Below, piece after piece: positions 52,628 to 64,000 of a DNA stretch of 64,000 nucleotides. A program made the translations under genes and the position numbers. Source of the DNA: Chiloscyllium plagiosum (Eukaryota); NCBI RefSeq assembly GCF_004010195.1, contig NC_057719.1:46480137-46544136 (forward strand), read 5' to 3'. Each line of letters begins with the position of its first letter. Positions within the stretch are counted from its first letter, which is position 1. Below the pieces are notes generated by a model. The model saw only the letters and a list, made by a program, of their open reading frames with translations, made no database searches and was not told where the DNA came from.

Positions 52628-54992
52628 ATTCTCAATTCCTGCTCACACCAAGCCATAAAGGGAGAATTTCATGGCAGGGAACCAGAATTCTTAAAAAAAG
52701 CATAACTTACTGTATAGACAATGTCAATAACATTGAAAATCGATGCTGCCTGACTTAACCATGAAAAATATCAATGTTTCTGTCTTAACCCATAGGTACA
52801 AGTAAATAATAAGTACTTCATCTTACACTTTGAGTTTACACTTGAGATGTTGGTCTGGAACATCATGGACTGATGTCTGCACATATACAATCCTGGAGTC
52901 TGTTTGCTCACATCTTTAAGTTGAATTTACTTCAACTCCTTACTGTTTAGGTCTATACAGAATAGATTCACATACACAGATCTTTAGTATAGTGTCTGGG
53001 AGCCAGTTGTTCAAATGTTCATCCCTTGACTAGTGTCTTCTCTCTCTCTTACTGACATTACATGATTTACATGAATTTCATGATACCACATGTCCTCTTA
53101 CGTTTCTCTCTAATTGATCTACATTATTCCAATAATTTATTTTTTTCTTACATAGTCTTTGTAATTAAAGTCATTATTGACATAATTATCATTAGCACTG
53201 TTTTCACATTATTATTGTTGTTTCCCCCTGCTCCACAGGTCTGAATCTCACGGGGCAAAATGATCTGGAATTTTGACTGGATGGCCCTATTTGGTTCACT
53301 TACATTTAATGTTAGGGCGATGGTGTTATCGGTGTCTGGAATAATTCTATCACTATCAAATATTCTATCGGGCCTGGTTGTTTCAGGTCCTGTGATAATC
53401 ATATTCTGTCTCAGTTCTGGGCTTGAGCTTGGGCTTCTGTTCCCCCTGTAAGCACTCTCAGCATTCGGACAACAAAAAGGACTCAGTTGATGTGTTTGCT
53501 TAATGACTGTGGCTTCTGACTTCTTATCCCTTCAAATCAGACTCTTTGGCTTGGCTTTAAGATTGACAGCATTCTTGCTCAGTGTCATGAGTTGAACTGC
53601 TGGTTTTTACTGTGGACTTTCTCTGAATGTTTTACCTTCTTGTGGCCTTGAGAGGTTATAGGTGGCCTTATAGGCTTTTCTAAAACTGATATGTCTGCTT
53701 TTAGCATCTCCTGATTAATAATTGCACTGGTAAATATTCATTATTCAAAGGTATTTCTCAGTCACTGAGTAGAGCTAATTCCCAGTTTGGATTCTAATGG
53801 GTCAGTAACAAGTGGAGAACTTGTTACTTGGTTAACACAAATTTGCTGAAATCCTCATTCAAGAATTGAGGTCCTATGTCCTGTACTAATTCTTCCAGGA
53901 AACTTTATATGGAAAAGATCCTTTCAAGTGTCCTGGTCACTGAAATGGTTGAATGAAATTTTGGTGCTTTGATCCGTCTTGAATAATTGGCATAAATACA
54001 TGTTGACTCTAAAACCAAACAAACAACGTATTGCTAGCCTTTCAAGAAACCTTGAGATCATTGACTCTGAAGGCATATGGTTGTGTGTAGCACACATTTG
54101 GCCAAATGAAAATAATCCTGCACACCTCTTGAAGTGCCTGGCACAGTTTGTTGGGCTTTTGCTCTGCATTTTGATATCTAGATGCCCCCGGAGTTTCTGT
54201 AGGATTTTTCTTTGCATCAACTTTGGTAAAACAATTTTATGGGTATACAGTACAACAATTGATCGTTCAAAATTGTCCAATGTTGTTTCTGTCTATGTTT
54301 TGCTTTTCAGCTTTTGGTCTGCTGGATTATGTTTCAACCACCCTGCAAATCGAGTAGTCAGATCTTGTGCATGCCTTTGAACTGCACGCATTTGCCCTCA
54401 GTTGCCAGTAAGGTGTTCATCATTGCCTTAGAATAAGGCTGTACTCTTCTACAAGAATGAGGTCTTTTACTGATTGATTCATGGAATTATCTCAAGAGTG
54501 TATCTGCCATTATTTGCTGTTTGCCTGGAACAGAGTATTCAGTAGCCATATCTCACTAATCTAGGCCTGAATCTTTGTATATTCTAAAGGTATTTTTGTA
54601 ATTTTTTTTGTTACACAAGACTTGTGGTCCATCTCGATCTGGATTTTCAATCCCATGAGGTAGACTGTAAACATTTCACATCCCAGTGTAAAATGTTAAC
54701 GCTGCCTTCTCTATGGTTGTGCATCTCTGTTCAGGATCCACTAAACCTTTTTGATGTGAAATAGACCAGGTTTGTATTTCATCAGTTTGCTTTTAAAAAA
54801 GGACTGCTCTGAGTCCTGTGGATGATGCAACTAAGTGAGCATCATAGCTAATGCACTATAATAATAAATGGAAAGCAACTTCTCTTTGATCTTTTCAAAA
54901 GTTGCAGTCAGTTCCTGACTCCAGTATCATTGCTGCCCTTCTCTTCAAATGCTTTCTCATGGATTGAGTAAAACCAGCAATGTTAGAGATAA

Positions 54993-55115
54993 GGTAAAAA
55001 CAATGACTGCAGATGCTGGAAATCAGATTCTGGATTAGTGGTGCTGGAAGAGCACAGCAGTTCAGGCAGCATCCGAGGAGCAGTAAAATCAATGTTTCGG
55101 GCAAAAGCCCTTCAT
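54993..55115 (-). mobile_element. PLE terminal-repeat insertion (subfamily variant) in Gypsy
   Basis: ggtaaaaacaatgactgcagatgctgg...tttcgggcaaaagcccttcat; truncated inside the hammerhead core; possible 5-bp TSD gataa. Confidence 0.85.
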
Positions 55116-55579
55116 GATAAACTTACCCGCTTGTTTTACTGAGACCTATGATCGTTATTCAAAAACTTCAATGTTGGAAATTCCACAATGGCTCTTGTCT
55201 TCTTGGCTCCACTGCGATGCCTAGTTCTTGGATAATGTGTTGTAGGAATCTACTCATCTACAGAACTGGCATTTCACATTTTGTTTAGGGCCTAGATTGT
55301 ATATTTCTGGTCCTCGGGTCAATTTAATGCTTTGTTTACTACGTACCAGGATGTCACCACATGGCACATGGTCCGCTGTTCCCCATCGAGATTTTGCTCT
55401 TTGGAAAAATCTCTCATGCAAAGAACATCCCAATGGTTGAAGGAATATCACCAGAATGATGTAATGAATGTAGTCAGCAATCTTGACTCTTAGTTTGAGG
55501 GTATCTGGCAGAACCCACTGTTTGGTGTCCAGTTGTATGAAAACTTGTTTTGTTGACAATTTTGATAAACTACTGTTTT

Positions 55580-55900
55580 GATTAGATTACTTTCTTACAG
55601 TGTGGAAACAGGCCCTTCGGCCCAACATGTCCACACCGACCCGCCGAAGCGCAACCCACACAGACCCATTCCCCTACATTAACCCCTTGACCTAACACTA
55701 TGGGCAATTTAGCGTGGCCAATCCACCTAACCTGCACATTTTTGGATTGTGGGAGGAAACCGGAGCACCCGGAGGAAATCCATGCAGTCACGGGGAGAAT
55801 GTGCAAACTCCGCCACAGAGAGTCGCCTGAGGTGGGAATTGAACCCGGGTCTCTGGCACTGTGAGGCAGCAGTGCTAACCACTGTGCCACCATGCTGCCC
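55580..55900 (-). mobile_element. HE1-type SINE
   Basis: Reverse-complement full-length match to the 25.5 kb copy. Confidence 0.93.
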
Positions 55901-57322
55901 ATTCTAATGAAATAGAATAGATTTCTGTTCGAACATCATTGACTAACTGATTGAGATCCATACACAAATATAGTACTCCATTTGTCTTGGGAACAATTAC
56001 TATCCCGAGTACTAATGTGTCAGCTGTATCACTGATGATATAACCCCACTTTCATTCATGATAACTGACTGAGATTTTACGTTTTCCATTGAAAGATGGG
56101 AACTTTTCCTGGGTGTGTCCATGCAGATAAATTTAGCATCTTATTACAGTGTAATGTGATACTCCTGCTTCCATTTTACTACACCTTTGAATAACTTTGG
56201 AAATTATTGCTCGTTGCTCGTTGATTCTATTGATTCTCGGAATGCTAAGATCACTGACTAAGCCTCACCTCTTGGTGCATTAAATGCAAAAGTATGCATC
56301 ATACTATGTAGTTTTTTTTTGTTCCACACAGTATTATCAGAACATCGTGAGCTAATAGATCTACAGCAGATAGAAACATGTTGATTTGACGGTATCGCTC
56401 CTTTGCATAACTGAAGCCTGAAGCCACTCTATGGGATAAGGACTGTCACTCCCACTTCAGGACTCATTGTTGGCCTTCCATATAATCAAGTGATAGAAAT
56501 AATGGAAAAAGTCTCTACTGGAGTCCATAGGGATGCTTACTATCACGTCTGACTGATTTGGGTTGGATACTTCATTTTCTCCACCTCTTGCTATGGAAGT
56601 GTTCTGATCTTTTGCTTGTAATCTTCAGAATATTGCTGGCCGGTGGCTAAGCTTAGAAATCTTCTAAAGTTGTTTCTCCTGCCCATCGACATCTTCCCAA
56701 AATCAAAGTCTTTGATTTTGCCTGCTGTTTGAGTCTTCTCTGTTTTAACTCAACTGTACCTTTGAAGTTTTGAGATCCTGTCCTTCCTTTGAGGTTCCCT
56801 GTGAATTTTTATTTCAACTTCAGATCCTTGTTCCTTAGTTGCTATCACATGTAATCCTGCACTTTAGTTCTTTAAGCTAACTGCATATTTCTAGGCTATG
56901 AGCAATTGTCTTTGTAGCTGCTTACTCATGAGGTATCCTGAATAAGGATCTTCAACTGTTTATGTAAAATAATACTCCTTTATTTGCATCAATAGGTCAA
57001 TGCCTACAAAGCAGAGTGTGGCAACTACAGAGATATCACATTTCTGTCCATAGCAGGAAAAATCTTTTCTCACATCACTCTGAACAGTCTCATCATTGTG
57101 ACAGGAATAAATCTACCAGAGCCTTGGTGTATCATTTGCTCAGGTTACAGCATTATGGACATGAGACGACAAATGCAGGAAAATGCCTCAAGCAGAACAT
57201 AGCCCTTCACTTCATCTTTGTTGACTTTGCAAAGGCACAGTTAATAGGTGGTCCTCTGAACAATCCTGGTACAGTATAGTTTGTCAACAACAGATGTCAA
57301 GAGCACACCCATGTTCCATGAT

Positions 57323-57407
57323 GATTTTCAAAAGTGTCAAAGCATCTTGCATTGGCAATCAATCTTGGAGAGATTAGCCCTTGCTAAATTCCAGCACTCT
57401 TTAACCA
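57323..57407 (+). repeat. 85-bp direct copy of 58991-59075
   Basis: gattttcaaaRgtgtcaaagc...ctctttaacca, one mismatch. Confidence 0.95.
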
Positions 57408-57494
57408 TGATGGAATGATGGGCTAAGTCGTTTTAAATGGCACCTCTTTAATCTGTTCTTCACCTGTGTCATTAGCCATGCTATCATGCAACGT

Positions 57495-57718
57495 TTTCAT
57501 ACAGAGAGTGGTTCCTCTGTGAAATGAACTGCCAGAGGAAGTGGTAGATGCAGATACAGTTACAACATTTAAAAGACATTTGACAAGTACATGAATAGGA
57601 AAGGTTTAGATGCATAACAACTAAACACAGGCAAATGGGACTGGTTTAGTTTGGGAAACCTGATTGGCATGGATGAGTTGGACAAAGAAGTCTGTTTCCA
57701 TGCTGTATGATTCTATGA
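57495..57718 (+). mobile_element. CR1 3' fragment whose tail is split by a PLE insertion
   Basis: gaactgccagaggaagtggtagatgc...ctgtatgattctatga; tail resumes at 58808. Confidence 0.88.
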
Positions 57719-57795
57719 GGAGAAAGTGAGGTCTGCAGATGCTGGAGATCAGAGCTGAAAATGTGTTGCTGGAAAAGCGCAGCAGGTCAGGCAGC

Positions 57796-57988
57796 ATCTA
57801 CAAACCGTAGTAGAACCGACCGACTCCCACAGCTACCTGGACTACACCTCCTCCCATCCTGCCCCCTGTAAAACGCCATCCCATTCTCCCAATTCCTTCG
57901 ACTCCGCCGCATCTGCTCCCAGGAGGGCCAGTTCCAAAAACGCACAACCCAGATGGCCTCCTTCTTCAAGGACCGCAACTTCCCCCCC
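57796..57988 (+). pseudogene. Penelope-like reverse transcriptase C-terminal/thumb fragment
   Basis: IYKP/TDSHSYLDYTSSHPAPCK/AIPFSQFLRLRRICSQEGQFQKRTTQMASFFKDRNFPP, matching the PLE YxKPT...YL...S.HP...K..IP.SQ..R..RICS motif. Confidence 0.9.
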
Positions 57989-58708
57989 TTCAATGCCAGT
58001 TCGATTTTTCTTCATGGCTGGAGGCAATCACGAAAGTCCGCATGGCCCTAGATATTCCGTGATCCCTGACACTGGTGCCATCTTCAAAAGGTCAATGGGC
58101 ACACAGTTGAGCTTTCTCAGTTTGGAGCTGTTCTGCATAGTTTACCGTGAGCATGGCAGATAAGGGGCAAATACACCACGGTTTGTCAACAAGGGTACGG
58201 AGCTCCCGGTGGATGGGCTTGTACAGAGGGGGACCATTCTCTTCCCAGAGGGAAGGCTCACTGTATTCGAGCCTTTTCGGGCACAGGCCCTTCTTCAGGA
58301 ATGGGCAGAGAGTGTTCAGCAGGAGAAGATAAAAGGTAGGGAGGAGGGACTTGGGGGAGGGGCGTTGGAAATGTGATAGGTGGAAAGAGGTCAAGGTGAG
58401 GGTGATAGGCCAGACTGGGGTGGGGGCAGAGAGGTGGGGAAGAAGATTGCAGGTTAGGAAGGCGGTGCTGAGTTCGATGGATTTGACTGAGACAAGGTAT
58501 TTCCCCTCCCCCCACCTTGTCTCAGTCAAATCCATCGAACTCAGCACCGCCTTCCTAACCTGCAATCTTCTTCCCGACCTCTCCGCCCCCACTCCCGTCT
58601 GACCTATCACCCTCACCTTGACCTCTTTCCACCTATCACATTTCCGACGCCCCTCCCCCAAGTCCCTCCTCCCTACCTTTTATCTTAGCCTGCTGGACAA
58701 ACTTTCCT

Positions 58709-58746
58709 CATTCCTGAAGAAGGGCTTATGCCCGAAACGTCGATTC
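58709..58746 (+). ncRNA. Minimal type I hammerhead ribozyme motif with intact core
   Basis: CUGAAGA-A-GGGC(uuau)GCCC-GAAAC-GUC at 58714-58741; predicted cleavage after C58741; very short stems I and III as in PLE hammerheads. Confidence 0.8.
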
Positions 58747-59768
58747 TCCTGTTCCCTGGATGCTGCCTGACCTGCTGCGCTTTTCCAGCAACACATTTTC
58801 AGCTCAGGTATGATTCTATGACTCTATGAGGGAATGTATCCTTGATATTGTCTTGACAGCACACTCTTTGACCCATGACATATCAGTGTAAAACCAAACC
58901 TTGCAAAAAAACTCATCAAAGAAACCCTTTTGGCCCATCATTGTGCCCTGACAGATCACAGCCAGAGAGGTTTGCAGATCTTAGCTGACCGATTTTCAAA
59001 GGTGTCAAAGCATCTTGCATTGGCAATCAATCTTGGAGAGATTAGCCCTTGCTAAATTCCAGCACTCTTTAACCAGACAAATCCAACAAATGTTGATTGC
59101 CTTAAATACCCTGGAACCATTATCTCTAACAACAGTTTGCTTGATGTAGAGATATCAGCTAGGATATTAAGGTGAACCAGACAGTCAGAAGGCTTCATAT
59201 CAGATTACTAAACCACCACAGCATTGGACAATCCACAAAGATTCAAGATGTACATTGTTCTTGTACATTGTACAAGATGTACATTGCTCACTTCTGTCAT
59301 TTATAGCTGTGAGTGCTATACCGTAAACACATGAGACAGTTCAAACCTTATTCTCTGTTGTCAAGACCAAATCTAGAAATGTTAGGCTGAGCCTGGTCAG
59401 CAAGTATTGAGGCAATGTTCCTGAAAGCCCAACCCCTCTGGGTAAGACACTTAGAATTGCATTCTGAGATTGTTGCTGTATGAAGAACGAGTACCTGGTT
59501 AAAGAAACCAAGGTCAGCCACTTAAACACCGCAAAGATATCCTCATGGAAAACCTGAATTTGTGTAGCATCAGGAGTTGGACGAATCAGTGTGAGAAGAA
59601 ACTCACTGGAGAGTCATAACCTGTGGGACCTTTGTTACTTTTGAAAAGGATCAATTTCAACATTTTGTTGCTGTCTGTGAATATCATCGTCAAGAAGCGA
59701 TTGTCCATGTTGCAAAATATTAGTTATAATGTCCTAGATGCTTCTGACTCTGTGAGCTCAGACTGGGA

Positions 59769-59870
59769 TTCTAATGAAGAGTCATATTGGACTCAAATCG
59801 TTTACTTTATCTCTCTCTTAACAGATAGTAGCAGATCTGCTGAGTTTCTCCAGTATTTTATGCTTTCATA
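59769..59870 (+). mobile_element. Old third-family PLE terminal repeat with degenerate hammerhead
   Basis: CTAATGAaGAGTCatattgGACTCaaatcgtt followed by ...acagatagtagcagatctgctgagtttctccagtatttt. Confidence 0.65.
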
Positions 59871-62800
59871 GCCATGTTTGTGTTCATTGTGTTCATTTAA
59901 TACATCTATCACCATCTTTAAATTTGAAAGAGAACCATCATAATCATCATAGTATGATCTCAAATCCTGCTTTCAGGTAAAAGACTAGAAAAAGACAGGA
60001 AAGACGCTTCATATGCTCATTCTGGACTGGCGTCTTCTCTCTTACTGATGCCAAAGTCATCTTGATTTGCATGAGTCTCATTGTAGCACACAAACGAACT
60101 TGGCAGGCGTCGAGGGAAAGACAGTGGAGGAACATATACATAAAAAATGAATTGGAGAAGACAAGATGGTTGATATTCAAAATTGACAATGACACAAGAC
60201 AGTAGGTAACATGGACAGAGATAGAGATGAAGGAATAAAATGGACATTTTAGATGCAGAGAATGCATGAATAGTTAAAGTAGATTAGCTAAATTACAAGG
60301 GGAAAAGCAGATGCAATCATAACAATCACCTCCTGTTGTGTGCCCAATAAATTCAAAAACACAATCTTTGTTTTATTCATAAAACAAATTGGATCTTCCT
60401 CTTTCTCTTTCTCCATCCCTTTCCTCTGCACTTGCCTAAGAAGAAAGAAAGTGCAAGGAAAGAGTAAGTACAATAATATTTATAAACGGCAGCAAACTAG
60501 ATATCACATGATTAGATCATATATGGTAAGGTGCTTTGTAATTGGGTTTCATATGACTAAACCTCATGGACTATGTGTAGAATAAGTTGGCAAAACCAAT
60601 TGTAAAGGCAGCATCAAGAGGGTGGAAACTTTTTTTTTATTTACGTTAATGCCACTTAGTTTAAAATGTAAACTCCAATTTTACTTTAATGTACTGAGCA
60701 CTGAATGTTAACTGTGATGGTGTGAACACAATTGTAAAATTGAGGTTGCATTCTAATGAAGTGGGAATGAAAGCATACTTTTCGGAACTGACACTCTCTT
60801 CCAATAGAGAGTGTGGATAGAGTTACATGTTATTCTGGATGAAAACTAATACAGAAATAACATATTTCTTGTGTAAATTGAAGTGTGAAACAGACTCTTA
60901 TTGATTAAAAGCATGAAAGTGTTGACAGGACCACACTGGAGCAGAGCATGAGCAATTAGAGAGCAGTTGTCTCTTAATACCAAGCTGTTTTAAATTCAAT
61001 TGAAGGTATCTCATATAAATTATTTCCAAAGTAAAACGTTACACTACAAAAAATGATTTCCTTACTATCACATTTTATTTCTATTGCTTAACTCAATTTT
61101 GGACTGAAGCCCATTTTAAGATGAATTGAACTGCTGAATGAACACAGCTGCATTCAGAATTCTTAATAACTCTAGGCAACAGGCCGGGCTGTGTATTTCT
61201 GGGATTAAGTGTCCGTTTTGACTAACATGACATGTTTAAAATTTTTTGCAGATTTATTTATTGGAATTTTAATTTACTGCGAGGTCAATGACAATACTAT
61301 CTTAGGCATGTATTTGTCTGACAGATCGGCAGGTCCAGAATGACCTGGGTCCATTTTCTTCATGCTTTTTGGATTCCATAAAAGACAAAAACTGAAAGTC
61401 AAAAAATGGACACTGTATCCATTAGCTAATTTGTGCCTTATTCTTTTTAACTGCCATTACCTAAGATCCAGCCTCTTACACCCTCACACCTGCTAGGCTG
61501 ATACTTGAGGTACCACGGGCACATCCTTCTAACTGTAAGGGGCCAAATTTCCAGCTTAGTGTACTGTCCCCCGGGCTGCTCACATTCCACATTTTGTTTC
61601 TAGCATGAAGGATGTTGTTTTAAATCATAATAGTAACCAGGCTGTAATCACATTATAGCACACATGGAGAACTTGCAAAGATCATGTGTTTCAGATTTGA
61701 CATTCTGATTTATGGTTGTGTGCTCCAGTTACACAGCTGCAATCTCATTTCTGAACAAAGATGGTTTTTATTTTTCTATTACTTTGCTCCAGCTCTTTCC
61801 TTTCAGCAGGGGGAATTTATACTAAAAGTTAAAGTCATAATACAAGCACAAACGTACTGTTTTTTTTCACTTGGCAATAACGCTATGTTCTTTGTAGTAA
61901 AATGACTACCTCTTGATAGGTAGATACACTCTTAAATAATTTTTTTATATCTGTCCAACAGAGCCTATTGCCACAAACTAATCTTTGCAGAAAACGGTTT
62001 ATAATTTTAAATGAACCCAAGAAAAATGTGCTGTTTTCTCAGTAGTTATAAATCCTTCCTTCCTTCATTAAATATACTTTATTATTTGAGCTCTAATTAT
62101 AAGATTGGCCTCAGCAAAGCAAATTCAAACTGATCTGATTTTAGATTGACCTTATAAGGAATTTGCATTTAAATACATAAACAACAGTATCAGCTACAAA
62201 CTGGGTGTTTGGGGAATTTTCCATAAATTGGTAGAAGGAGTTGGAGCCAAAATCAGTTACCAAAACCAAGGAAACATTTTTCTTATTCACTAGTGGCACA
62301 TTTGCATTCCATGAGCAGAACCACTTCAAGCAGAAGCTCTGCGGGCTGATATCCACGCTGTGGGGTGATACCAAAACACCTGTGGCAAGATCCCTGCACA
62401 ATTTTCTTGAAAATCTCAGTTACAACTTTAATTTTCTAGCCATAGACCTCCCTTGATGTAAGCAGAAAATTTTATCCAGGCCAGCGATTCAAAAGAAATC
62501 ACTAAACCCGCCTGCAGCTCTCGGAAATGAAAGTCTGTGGTATAACGGCTAGCATTTATGCCTGCCCCGGGTTTAATTAGGCTCAATCAGAGCTTCCAGA
62601 GATAGGCATTTCTCTTGCACCTCCTTCATATTACAGCTTTGTCCCTGGAGCAGCAAAGGCCACTGTGGTTGTGTTGTATAAGTGAAGCATAATTCATTGA
62701 CCATTTCATAGTTTCACACATTTACTTCGAAATGAGACTCTTTTATTTTCAATAAATTCACATAAATTGTTTGTTATTATGTTGTTTCAAATACGCAGTT

Positions 62801-63645
62801 GCTGTAAGATTGTTATATTTTGGGACTGAGTCTTTAATTTAGAATAAGATGAAACCAGCTATCTGTTCTGAAGTCTGCACAATAAAAAGCCTGAAGGATC
62901 TGCTGATTGGAGACTGAAGGGAGGTCTGGATTCTTTTGCTGGAAAGAAGGTGTAAGGTTTGGAGACAATGGTAGCAGCATTTGGGCCTATAGGTGTTAGA
63001 TTGCTAGTGACCAAAATGTCAAGAAGGCTAATAATGTTGGATTGCGAACGCTGACTCTATGACTTGTCCTTAAAAGCATCTATTTAGTCCCAGTCTTTTG
63101 AAATTTGGATGACAAGCAAGAGGCTAGAGGCCAAAATGCTCTCTCGTACATATTGCAAGACTGCTCAGTTGGAAAAGACAAAATTCATGAAAATTTGGGA
63201 TGAGACTGGGATATTTTTCTACTTTATTGTAGAGGGAGAATATCCATGAAAAACAACCCTTCACTATAAAAGGGAGTTCTGGGGTTCAGAATTACCAGGT
63301 TAGGAAAGGAACAGAACAGAAGTAAACACTTCAGAGTTGAAAATTACTTTGCCTTGGTTTTAGGAGAATTGAATTTCTACCTAAGGGACAATTTAAAGTT
63401 TAATCATGAAATGGGATTTTCAGTTGTGTTAAAAGTGATTGCTCAGTAATTGAAAGGACAAGTTACATATACAAATGGACTTGCTCCTGGTTTGCTTATT
63501 ATAGTAAAAAGTGGTAAATGTGAAATCTTAACATATCACCCTTTCAATTGACAATCAATCGGAAGTTCAGTTTTTCTCTATGGAATTTGTAACAATGGGC
63601 ATGAACGACATAGGCTATAGCAATAAATGTTGCAGATCACACAAG

Positions 63646-63757
63646 AATGGGTATGGGTGGTTTGCGCTTCGGCGGGTCGGTGTGGACTTGTTGGGCCGAA
63701 GGGCCTGTTTCCACACTGTAAAGTAATCTAATCTAAATCTAATCTAATCTAATCTAA
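63646..63757 (+). mobile_element. HE1-type SINE, 5'-truncated
   Basis: gggtatgggtggtttgcgcttcggcgggtcggtgtggacttg...(aatct)n tail. Confidence 0.9.
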
Positions 63758-64000
63758 GAAGTTCAGTGAGGCTTATCTTGGTGTCAGGAACAACTTGCTG
63801 TATCTTTTAACTACATTATGGCATCGAGATGACTTTCACGCTCAGCAGCAGTGAGTTGCGTATTAAAGGTTTTTATTGTTTGTGACTGACCATAAGTGCA
63901 CCTCTCATCTCATTAATATGCAGCTTTCTATTGTACGACCTGCCATGAGCAATCTGGACCCTGAGAATTCTCAACATGAACATAATTGTGGACACCTAGA

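Larger units (their letters stand above)
53450..56900 (-). mobile_element. Decayed Ty3/Gypsy retrotransposon (RT-RNase H-integrase)
   Basis: Minus strand VFIQLDTK.., FFQRA...CGDILV (RT), integrase zinc-binding region KIVLPKLMQRKILQKL.GHL...C..C; interrupted by PLE and HE1 insertions. Ends uncertain. Confidence 0.75.
57719..58807. mobile_element. Composite Penelope-like insertion with 14-bp TSD
   Basis: TSD gtatgattctatga (57705-57718 and 58808-58821); terminal inverted arms, PLE RT fragment, unrelated insert and a 224-bp hairpin. Confidence 0.92.
57030..59600 (+). mobile_element. Old RTE-clade LINE RT remnant hosting nested CR1 and PLE insertions
   Basis: MRRQMQEKCLKQNIALHFIFVDFAKA (frameshifted), FHDGM, LQILADRFSKVSK.LALAINL, KYPGTIISN, IYSCECYT motifs. 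Confidence 0.7.

Noticed and set aside
58092..58661. Mirror-image ORFs (MGEGR.KCDRWKEVKVRV...) on both strands
   Set aside because: Produced by the 224-bp PLE hairpin in non-coding terminal sequence.
1..64000. CRISPR array or prokaryotic operon/defence system
   Set aside because: No regularly spaced repeat-spacer array and no gene-dense region; the sequence is eukaryotic repeat-rich DNA.

Overview
Repeat-rich, non-coding vertebrate genomic DNA, almost certainly from an elasmobranch. HE1/V-type SINEs, Deu-domain SINEs and CR1 LINEs point to a shark, and a carpet/bamboo shark is my inference. No intact host gene is recognisable; there is one weak candidate terminal exon at 10.2 kb. Most listed ORFs are fragments or antisense shadows of mobile elements: many CR1 LINEs, an RTE LINE, two decayed Gypsy retrotransposons, several Harbinger transposase and Myb/SANT remnants, and tRNA-derived SINEs. 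The most distinctive signal is 11 short Penelope-like element (PLE) terminal-repeat insertions from about 3 families. Ten carry at least part of a minimal hammerhead ribozyme core (CUGANGA-A-stemII-GAAA..UH) with covarying stem II. Five are fold-back (inverted) insertions, five have 10-16 bp target-site duplications, and their breakpoints cluster at the ribozyme. One composite PLE insertion (57.7-58.8 kb) appears stitched from several templates, including an unidentified 286-bp captured segment. There is also a near-perfect 229-bp inverted duplication (593-1590), an 85-bp templated insertion, and two repeat-poor blocks with enhancer-like motif clusters. Element boundaries are read by eye and approximate unless stated to be exact.
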